Below are positions 12,401 to 24,400 of a stretch of 43,639 bases of DNA, in pieces. Position 1 is the first letter of the stretch; each line of letters starts with the position of its first letter. Source of the stretch: Dimorphilus gyrociliatus (taxonomy: Eukaryota; Animalia; Annelida); NCBI GenBank assembly GCA_904063045.1, contig CAJFCJ010000095.1, positions 141,184 through 184,822 of the forward strand. Direction: 5' to 3'. The notes under the pieces are model-generated. The model did not search any database, was not told where the DNA came from, and saw nothing but the letters and a program-made list of their open reading frames with translations. A program made the translations under genes and the position numbers.

Positions 12401-15400
12401 CGTAATAACGATGTAGGTGAACCAGGATTACCAACTGAACATTGCGTAATGTACTCAACGAAATTTTATGCCTGGCATAATATTAACTGTAATGCTCCTT
12501 GCCAATATCTTTGCGAAATGAAAGCCAACAAGAAAAGGCAAAGTACTCAGAGTACAAAATGGTTTTATTATCAAAATTCTTCATTAAATTCTAATCATTT
12601 GCATAAAGTTTACGAAACTACTCAAGTGGAAAGTTGTTCGTATTTGTGTCAACAACAAAAGGAATTTCAATGCAAAAGATTCGCTTTTGGGCATGATTCA
12701 CAAAAATGTTTCTTGTATAATGAAACTACAAATTACGATATCAATTCTATACCTGTAGATGGCGTTAGTAGTTTGGATACTTGGGAAATATATTCAACAG
12801 TTAACGAATGCGAACAACCACTAATTGAAAGTCCAAATGGAATATCAGATTCAAATATTCAAACCAATTCTCCACCAATGTCTTCAAGGTACGGTATATC
12901 TCAATTACGGATGGTTTACCGTCAATTTTATGGTTCAAGACACCCGGATAATGCAGGATACTTTAAAGGATCAGATCAAACTACTTATCTAAAAGTAGGC
13001 TTAATATCTATTTTGCATTTATATTAAAAAGTTTTTTCGTGTTTTTTTTTTAAAAAAAAACAGTTCGACTTTGGAAGGATTGTTCGAATGACACGAATCA
13101 AGATAGAAGGAGCCGGAAGCTACAGCCAAAAATGGATAGAATATTTCTACTTAGCAATCAGTAATAGAACAGACAGTTTAAATTTTGTTAAAACGTCTAA
13201 TGGAGATCGTCGAGTAAGTTATAGACCTAAATTTTGTTTTATGAATAAATTATTCAAATTAGTAAATTTTTAGAAATTTTTTGGAAATTTTAATCAATTA
13301 GCAATTATTCAAAATGCTTTTCGTCCCCATTTAATTGCTCAATACGTTCAGTTTTTTGCCTATTCGTACCACCGTGAATATGCAGTTAGACTGGAATTTT
13401 ACGGTTGTAATTATACCGGAATTGTGGATGAGTTTACTAAACCTCTTGGTCTGAAGAGTAATTATATATTACATTCTCAAATGCTAGCCGAACAACTTTA
13501 TACTGCTCATACGGGAATTCACGAAATTCGATTAGGTTGTCTACCAGTTTTCCACTCTACTGGGTACTTTCATGTAATTGGAAAATGGCAATTTGACCTT
13601 GGCATTCAACATTTTATAGTAAAAACAATATCTACCGGTAATTGTAATGGACGTATCGGATATTTGAAAACTTTTTCAATAATGTATACAAATGACCTTG
13701 AACAATGGTCATACCATGTGACTAATAATGGATCAGTTAAAAATTACTATGTTAGCGAATCGAATGAAAAGGCAGAAGTAACCTTTGATCCTATAATAAA
13801 AGCTCGTTACATAAGATTTATACATACTGACCAAAGCAATTCTATTATACCAGCTATTACAATGGAACTTTACGGCTATCCAGCAAAACATTCCAAATTG
13901 GGAGTAACTGGTAAATTCCCCAAAACAATTACTGTATCATCTCAGAAGAGTTTGTCTACTTCCGGTAAGATGGCGTTAATGTTTGACAATAGTTTCTGGT
14001 GTAAGGAAGATAATGACACTGATGGTTGGTGGTTGGCTGACATGAATACCATACATTACATAGAGAGAATTTATATATATCATAAAGAGAACCAATTCAA
14101 AGATTCTTGTAAGGATATTTCTGTGTCTGGAGCTCAATTCGATAAAAAAAATATCACTAAAATGGCCGATGTAGGGCAAAGAGAATAATATTATTCAACA
14201 ACCTTGACATTTATCTCTTTTTTTTCATTCCTTTAGGAAATAACATGTAAATCCGAATTGAATAGGACAATTATCTTTTCGTCACCAGCATTGAGATTGA
14301 GATATATCCTTCTAAATTTCACTAATGGACCAAAAGATTGTGTCAGATTCGAATTGTATGGTGAAAAAGCTCCAATTTGCCCTCCCGGCTCTCTAAGGCA
14401 GTTGGATAAGTGCTATACGATTTCAGATGCGCCAGCAAATTTTGAACAATGCGATAAATTTTGCAAAACTGGATTTAATTGGAAAGATCAAGGTTATTTG
14501 GTAATGCCAAAAAATTCATTCGAAGTAGATCTCGTTCAAAGATATTATATGTTTAAGTAAATATTTCTAAGGATATTGGGAGAAATAGCCGCCAAAATGG
14601 TGGCTATATACAGAAAAGTATCCCAAATTATCTCTCCCAAAATCCAATATTTTCAATATAATAATAAAGTAATAATTTATTTTTTAAATAAAACTTTTTA
14701 TTAGAGATAAGAACTATGGTATCTATATTGGAGCTAAACAAACAACACTAACTAGCTATGATTGGTTGGATGGAACACCAATTACCAACTATTTACAAAA
14801 AAGCTTTCACTTTTCTGCAAATATTTTTAAAACATACCTTATCAGAAAAGACACCTTTGAAAATAGTGAGGGCACTGAAAACGGTTACGCAATGTGCGAA
14901 ACAATGGCGAATTGTTAGTTTCGTATTATTTTTTCAATTCTTTACAAAATACGAAAATAACAATGAAAAATGTTCTCTTTTTGTTCCCCAAATAGTACCA
15001 GATGATGAAAATGATTATGATGAAGAAGAAAATTGCCAGCCTTTATATAGTTTATTGCCTCATCATACTTTAAATAGTACCCCAATAGCATCTCTAGATA
15101 TCACGTATCTAAGAAATTGTCTAGAGTATTGTTCATCAAAGAAATGGTGTAAATCAATTGGATGGGAATTTCAGTGTGTATTATGTTTATTTCATAAAAA
15201 AAAGATGCATTTGACAACATTTTTTTTGCAGATTAAACAAACAAAAAACATGTAAATTATATAATCAAACAAGTTCAATGTTGAAATATAACAAATCTAA
15301 TTTTGATTATAAAGAAAACATGTATTTCTTTGAAAAGTTTTGTTTTGATAGAAAAAGTTACAAATTGTTACCGGAAGGTAACTTTGAAAGTGAAAAAGAT

Positions 15401-18400
15401 TTTAATGTTACAACTAGAGTTTATAAACAGTCGGATAGTGATTATACTGATTTTCGTCTTGGAAAATCAATGACAAGTTATATCGTTGCAACTTGTTCAG
15501 ATGAATATGTTTATGAATGCTATTTGGAAGTGAATTTTGAGAGATTAGTAACATTGACTGCCTTTACTACAGCTTATAGGCTGTTTCATGACCAATATAC
15601 AAGAACAGCTCAAATCTTCTACAAAAGATCTTCGTATGATCAATGGCTGGCTGTTAGAGACAAGGATGGTGATATTATTGTAAGATAGACTTTCTCTTCT
15701 CTTTATTGAAACACACATTACTTAATACTGAATTTATATAACAGAGTTATTTTATTCAAGAAGATCAAGGCTATTATAATCACATTGAATTTTCTTCTTA
15801 CATTGTTTGTAAGGGATTTAGATTTAATCCAATAGATCAGAGACTCAAGGCAATTTTAAGCCTCCAACTATATGGAAGATATTTAGAGGATGATGATATT
15901 CCTATCTATACTCCAAAGTGCAATCATCCACTTGGAATTGGTGATAAAAATCAGATACACATCTCTCAGATAACTACTCCATCTTATTTAAAACCCTATT
16001 ATGCTAATAATGTAAGATTGGACAGCTTAAATTGTTGGATTCCTGAATCTCTACAACCGAATGATTACATTCAAATAGATTTAGGTCATGTATACCACGT
16101 GACAGGTTTTATTTCGCAATCGTGCAAAAGTGAAAAAAAGTACATTTATGAATTTAATGTTAAGTACTCGTTATATAGAATTCACGGATGGAAAACGTAT
16201 AATGAAGAATCATTGAATAATAAAGTAAGATTTTAAAATGACCTTGAGTATTGACCTTTCCAAAATGTAACTCAATTTTTAGACCCTCTTTATAAGAAGT
16301 AGCCCAATATTAACAACAAATATGAAATATCTATTGCTCTTTAACGAAACAATAGATTTACGATTTATGCGATTATCGCCCAAAGGATGGTACAATAACA
16401 AAGGATTACGCTTAGAGATTATCGGATGTATAAAACGTAAGAGTGACTAATACAACAAAAAAACCAAAAATTGAGTAATCATCTTTGTATTTTTTTCTTT
16501 AACTCTTTGCAGAAGAAGCTGCAATAACAACTGCAAAAAATGAACTACAACAGATTACTGTTCAAGAGGATACTTTAGGGGGAAATTCAATTTATTGGGG
16601 AGAATTGATTAATCCAAATTTAACTTGCCTAAAACAACCAATCAAAATAGGCCTAAACTGTAAAAGTGTTTATAAAATTACTGGATTTACAATTTATTCG
16701 AATTTAACTGAGAATTTAAACTTAACAATTGAATATTCGTTAGATTCTTTAAAATGGATAACTTATTCAAATGGTTATGATTATAATTACTCAAACAATG
16801 TAAATAATTTGATAAAATAGAATTTTAGTACAGTTTTTATTTTGTGTTTTATTGTTTTTTAGACAAAAAAACACCAAATATTATTATCTATTCCAATAAT
16901 TGCTATTTACGTAACGTTATCAGTTCAAACTGATAGTTTGATTTGTTGGAAAATATCTATTCATGGAGGGAAATATTCTGGTATTTATACTACTCAATAA
17001 TCAATACAATACCTTATCTTTTCTTCTTCTAGAATGTCCACCTGGATACTTTCTCTTTGGTACAAAATGCATTTCACACCATTCTTCTACAACTGCTACC
17101 CATTTCAGTTCTGCTAATGAGTGTAAAGGCCTACCGTGGAAAGGTGAAGGTTACATGCTTTTACCAAAGTATGATGAAATTTTAAATGTATTCTTACAAG
17201 GTTTTTTCTCAAGGTCAGTTGATAAATTTTTCTGTAGTGTTTTTAATCTAAATTTTTCCCTTCTGTTTTATTGTTCTTAAATTATAGCGAATCAACAGAA
17301 ACACGTATGGGATTAATGCTCCACAATGGAAAATTTACCTGGTCAGACGGAAGTACATTACCAGAAAATGAGGTTATAAGATGGAATGGTCCTATTGGCT
17401 TTGACACCTGTGGAGCTTTTGACAAATCAAACGGATTCTGGCAAAAGATATCTTGTTTTACCGACAGTTTATTATTCTCATGCGAAAAGGACGCATTACG
17501 TAATCAATACTTTTACTAAAAAAACATTTTCAAAACACTTATTTATTTATTTCATAAACATCCACAGCGCCACCTAGCGAAAAAAAAAATAAATTTTGGA
17601 CAGTTGTCCCATCGGCATCGCTGAACACATCTAATGCAAATAGTTGGATTTATAAAAGCGATTTCAATACAAAATTCGATTGTTTAATGGCATGTAATGA
17701 AGAAATAAGATTCGATTGTATCTCATTTTCATTTGATACAAAGACAAAAGAGTGTATGTTCTATTCTACAAACACTTACTCAAAAGATAGCTACCTGAAA
17801 AGGGATATATATGATCAAGATAAATTCTACTTTGAAGCTCATTATCATGGTTTTTAAACATTTAAATTTTTAAATTTATCTTCTCCTAGTTTATCTATGT
17901 TAAAATTCTTGCAGGTGAATGCTCAATTAGCCTGATAAAAGAAAATGTATTGGGAGTAAAATGGAATGTTTCTTCTGAATACGATTCGTCAACTGATAAA
18001 ACTCATTTACCATTACACGAAAAAAAAGGTTTAAAGGGCTATTGGAGACCTAAAGATACTGATACTAAACCATGGATTCTCTTCTATTTCGATCAAATCT
18101 TATCAATATCTTCTTTCATTTTACAAGGAAGTGGAAAATTGAGTGATTTTGCATATGTTAAAAAATTTACAATTCAATCGTCAATAGATAATATCGAATG
18201 GAGTAATGTCACGTGGGATTATAGTAATACATATGACTTTGAAGGATCATTTGATCATGTTTATTCAAGATTATATACATTTAAAAATTCATTGCGAACA
18301 CGTTACGTAAAATTCGATCTAATTGAAAAAAGAAACTCTTTTTCTATGCAAATTGAATTGTTTGGTTGTGTTGAATTTATTCCAGATTGTTTTACTGTAC

Positions 18401-21400
18401 CGTCAACAAACGACCTTCACATTGAAGGTACCGATAAGAAATCTAAATTAAAATGCTTTGAAGATTGGACAGTTATTGGTCAGAAACTCTCAGCCGACAA
18501 TGATTATTGGCTAAAAAATTGGTATGATTATAAACATGGATTTGAAAGTGATAAAGAATTTTGGTCTGGTAATGAATTAGCAACATATTTAACTAATTTT
18601 AGACAATATAATGCTAGGATTGATATGTGGTCTAAAGACGGAAGTCACGTGCACAGTGAATTTGAAGGAATTAAATTTCAATCTGAAAGAAATTCCTATT
18701 CAAAAACTATTGAAAAATTCCAAAGTGGTAGCGCACCGTCAACGAAATTTTTAACAACAACCTACTTTTATTCAATTGATAACGATAATGAACTTTCTTG
18801 TGCTCAAAACACAAAAAGTGGTTGGTGGTTTTCTAAAAGTTCCTGTTCCTCTTCGAATTTAGTAGGTTCAAATTCTTATTGGTTTCTTGATGCAACTGAT
18901 TTGAATGACGTTTATAAATTTAAAGTTGAAAAATTTCTTTTTAAAATTAAACCAAAGACGCCGTGTTAGTATAAAAAAGGGGGTTTTTAGACAGTTTAGT
19001 AGTAATTAACCAGTTTTCATTAACCTTTTCAGATAATATCGCTCTTGGTAAAAAAGCATATCAAAAAGTAACCAATGGTAAAAATGAAGCAAACCTAGCC
19101 ATTGATGGTATTGCTTTAAGTGACGCCTCACTAGGTTATTGCGCAATTGGTGAATTAACAACAAATCCTTGGTGGGTTGTTGACTTGCTCAAATCATTTA
19201 ATGTCACCGGAATTACAGTACTCAATAGAAAAGATTGCTGTTGTAAGAGAACAATAATTAACATTTATTTATTTAAGTTTAAAATTTTGAAATTTATTTG
19301 TTTTCCTATTTTTTAGCATCAGAACTATCCAACTTTACAATTGGACTAGCAGACAGCTTTGATGAGAGTAATTTCAATCCTACATTATTCAAATTATGTA
19401 AATATTACAACAGAACTATTGGATCTGGTGTAAAAGTGGCTATAAATTGCGAAAATGAAAGTACTCAAGGTTCTTATCTAGCTATATGGATGGAAGGTGA
19501 AAATCGTAGATTAGGCCTATGCGAAGTTGAAATTAAAGCGAAGTTAAAATATGGTGAAAGCAGTTTTGGAGAAGATTGCGAAACGGATTCGAATTGTGTT
19601 GAAGAATTAACGTCTTGTCTTCCAAGATTCGAACCTAAAAATCTCGATATTTTATCCTATTCTTGTCAATGTTCCCTCTACACTATTCGAAAAGATAACA
19701 AATGTTATGCTGGTAAGAAATTAGGCCTAATTTTTTAAAATGTGACCTAGATATTTTTTTTTGAAATACAGCTACAGACATTCTGTTGAAGAATATCAAC
19801 TTTCAAGGTGAATTTATAAGGGAGGAAGAAAGTACTCAACAATCGACAGTCTTATTGGTTAATAATGGTGGTTGGACAATTGCTGAATCAACTTTACCAA
19901 ACAATAATTTTGAATTTTCAGCATTAATTTCAAATTTGGAGAGTAATTTTACTGAAACATGGAGACAAGATTTAATTTTAACTTTCATATATGGATTAAA
20001 CGCCGAATTGCCTAGTAGAAATTTAACAAATTTAACAAAAAGAGGTGAAGCGTCTATTTCTTTATCAGCTTCATTGAAATTTCCAATTTTACAATGCTAT
20101 AATCAAACTTATGTTTGTGGGAATGTATTGAGATCTCCAAACAGCTCATTTATTGAATGGGATTCATCAAACAATGAAAAATGTTTCTCATTTTTACCTT
20201 TCATTAACTGTAAACCGGAAATAGATTTATCAATATTCAAGATAACTCTCATGTGGAAAGAATACATTTATAGGAGTATTACTCAAAATCATACATTTGT
20301 TGTTACCTTGTTAAATAACAATTCAAATGTTCATGACGTAATACCCCTTTTTGACGAATACTTTAATTTCGATATGGAATATGTTTTATCCGATAAAATT
20401 GAAGATATTAATAGTAGCAATCCAAAATGGAAGAAAGCAACAATGGATTTAAAAGATAAACAGAAAGGACTAAAAATTGGAACAAATTTAAATTTAACAA
20501 TTAATTTATCAGCCTATATCTCAAGATCTCAATGCGAAAATGATCTTAATATCTGCTTTAGAATCGTCTTATCAAATTCATCATCCTATAAGGAAAGTAA
20601 TAGAAATAATGATATTCTTTGCCTAAATCTGGAAAAATATAAAAATTGTACACCAGGTAAGTTAGCTAATTATAAGGCGAGTATGAGAAAATGTCAACAA
20701 TGAGAACAGGTTAGGTCAAGGTTATTGTAAAGGGTTAGAAATAATTGAACATTGAAAACTAGAGGTTTGACAATTTCTCCAATGTCCCAACAGTTGCTGT
20801 CTCTATGTAAAATATACTAAATACCAGTTTTTATTTAGCTGTGAAAATTCTGACAAACCTTACAATTCCGAATAAAAGTATAATAAGAGGCTATATTCAA
20901 CCTTTACAAACAATTGTTAAATGGACAAACATTGATGACAGATTTAATGTTGAGTCTATTCCAACTGATAGATATAATTTTAATATTACACTCTTCTTTA
21001 CTGAAATCAATATGGAGGAAAATGATGAGTCATCACAAAATTTCTATAGTCTTATTAATTCATCATATATATCAAACAATTTATCTATAAATAGTAACAT
21101 TGTTTTGGAATATTGGAATGTTGTAAAAATTCCCAGAATTCATTGCTCTAAATATAAATTCTTATGTTTCAAACTTTTACCGGCAGACGGAGCTTCCTAT
21201 TCAGTTTTTAATGAAGATAAAAGTTTTATTTCTTGTTTGAATATGGAAAATTATATAAATTGTTTAGGCCTAGCGATAAAAGGTTTAAATTTTCAAATAA
21301 CAAATGACAACCTAATGGAGGGAAGCCAAAGTGAATTTTCAGTTTTATGGAAAGAAGGGACAGATGTAAATTATATTGTAAATTTTACAAATATAGATTC

Positions 21401-24400
21401 AACATATTGGAATTGGTTAGAATCAGGTCACGTGTCCTCATTTGGACAAATTAGTAAACAAACTTTACAATATAATTATACAAACTACGGCAGGTATAAC
21501 GTTAGTTTAACAGCATGGAATGAAGTTGGAATTGAAATATTTTGGTTAATTAAAATTGTTGAACCAATATTAGAGAATCATATTGAAATTTTGAATGAAT
21601 ATATTCCAAATGAACCACCTGTTCAAGTAATTTTCAATGTTTATTATAAATATGATACAAACAAGAAAACAAAACAAATTTCATTGAGTTGTATTGTTGA
21701 AATGGATCAAAATTTTACTACATACAAAACTGGTACTCTTAGTCATAATCTACCAGTTTTTATTGATTTTATCTATCCTATTGACAAATTACAAACAACG
21801 GCAATTGTCGTTTGTAATAATACAGTTTCGAGTTTTAATTCTACTTATATATTGAAACTTCAACAAAATGTTTCCGATCTAATAATGAAATTTAATGCCA
21901 CCTATTGGCCATCATTTAAAAATATTTCTCTAGAATTAACGTTAAAAAACGGAAGTGACGTTGAATATGAAATTTCATTTGGTGATGGAATAATTAAGGT
22001 ATTTAAACATCCTGAGTTGTTTGCGAATAGAAGGCCATTTTTAACATATTATTCCTACTCGCTGATTGGTGAATATAAAGCAAAGGCAATAGTTAGAAAT
22101 GAATTTTTTAACTGTTCAAGCGAAACTACTCAAAACCTTTTCATTCAGCATGAAATAAAGAAAATTGACTTGAGACTTTCTTATAAACAACCTAGAACAG
22201 TTAATTTAACTATAACAGAAGTTGAGAATGGGTTTTCACCCACAAATGTCACATGTCTAATTCAATATAGCAATAGAGGAAATGAAAGGATATTATACAA
22301 CGTTGACCTAATTAATGGGGTATTTCTAATTTATGAATATAGTAGAGAGTTTAACGAAAGGGAGAAAAGAAATTTAACAATAAAAGCTGTCTGTTATAAT
22401 AACGTTTCCAGTTCGTCTGCCCAACAAAATCTTTTACTAGAGGAGGAAATTTCTCACTTGAACGCTTCAATTGACAAAACTACTGTGAAAACTTTTGAAC
22501 AGTTTAGTATAAATTTAACAGCAATAACCGGAACAAATATAAACTGGACAATTGATTTTGGAGATGATGGAACCAGTCTAAATAAATTTAATGATGGCCC
22601 AGGAATGGAATATAATTTAAATTATACTTATAAAACTCCTGGATTATTTCAAATTGTGATTAAAATGTTCAATTCAGTTAATAATATCACTAGACACTAC
22701 TCAATTATTGTTCAAGTACCAATTATTGATTTTATAGTTGATACACCAAAAACTGGTACTATTGACAATCAACCAATAAATTTTAATGTCAAGGTCAACC
22801 AGCAAGGTCAACAGCAATCTCCAACGGATGTTTTCTGTTCATTTCAGCCAGTATTAAAACAAAATGCAACAATTGAATATGTATACAAACCGGAAATGAC
22901 AAATAAAAAACAAATGACACTAAGCTATAACTATTCAAAAATGGATGTTGGTAGAAATATTACAGTTGGAATATCATGTAAGAATTTGGTTAGTAAATTT
23001 GAATATTATTCTAATTTATCCATATTTGAAAAAATTCAAAATTTAACGGTCAATATTGAAAAATACGGTTATGAAAAATATGAAAATATATCACTAATTT
23101 TAAATGTTGATGCTGGATCGTCAATTATTTATAAAATAAACCAATCGGCCACCATTTTAGTGGAGAAACATCCAATGATATTCGCCAATCAGCAACCGTT
23201 TGTTAAAGTTTTACAATTCTCTAATATTGGTAATCATTCTTTAAGGATAGTTGGAGAAAATGACGTCAGTCAACAAGAACAAATCATTGGTGTAGTTGTA
23301 CAGAATAGAATTGAAAATATAGACTTAATGGCAAATGAATCAATATTATGGACGCCTGGCGTTATTTCATATCAACTTTACTCTGAATCTACTCAACAGA
23401 TTCTTACGGATGTCTATTGTCAATTTGAATTTAGTAATGGTATGTCAGCAAATAAATTCATACCAATATGGCCGCCGAGTGGTTTATTTACCTATAATTT
23501 CTACTTTCCAAAAACTGCTATTGGTAACCTAACTACAAATTTGTCTTGCAGTAATTTGCTATCTGTTAAGAAACTGCAAACTAGGACAGAAATTATATTA
23601 GACGCCGTAATAATAGAACAAATAAGAGATAACGGAACTGTCCTATTAACCAATGAAACAACTATAATTATTGAAATTAGCAGAATGGGTACAAATTCCT
23701 GTTTTATCCTTGACCTTGGTGATACATACTCAACAAAATTGGCATTTGGGGTTAATGAGCTTTGCGAGAATTTTGCCTTTGAAAGGTCAATAAACTTTAC
23801 TAAAATAGGTTATGAAGAGAAGACAATTGTAATTAATCATGTTTACGAAGCGGTAGCCTATTACAGTATTAAAGTCGAAGGATTTAACAATATAACAAAA
23901 GATGAAAAATCGTTTATTACAAGAGTTGCAGATTGGCATTGCTATAGTCCAAATGCAACTGTACCCATTGAATATACAATTGCAGATAATCCATTGCAAA
24001 TTATTAAAAGTATTGCAGTAGAAATACCAGTAAATATTAGTTGGGATTGTATGAAGACTAATCAACTGCAATACGAATGGAAAATAATCGAATTGAGTAC
24101 TAATTCTTTAGTATTTCAATCGAATAATAAAACACTAAAAGTAGGTGAGCGACAATTGGATTATGGACAATATAAAATTGAATATTTTATACAAATGTTC
24201 AATATTTCTTATGCTAATAATACTTATGAATATTTTATTGAAATCATACCAAGTCAACTACATGCAGAAATTGAAAATGGTAAATGGATTAGTGTCAATT
24301 ATGGGATTAATCAAACGTTTAATGCCGGATTATACAGTTACGATCCGGATAATCAAGAAAATGATAAACTTAAAGGCCTACACTTTCATTGGTACTGCAG

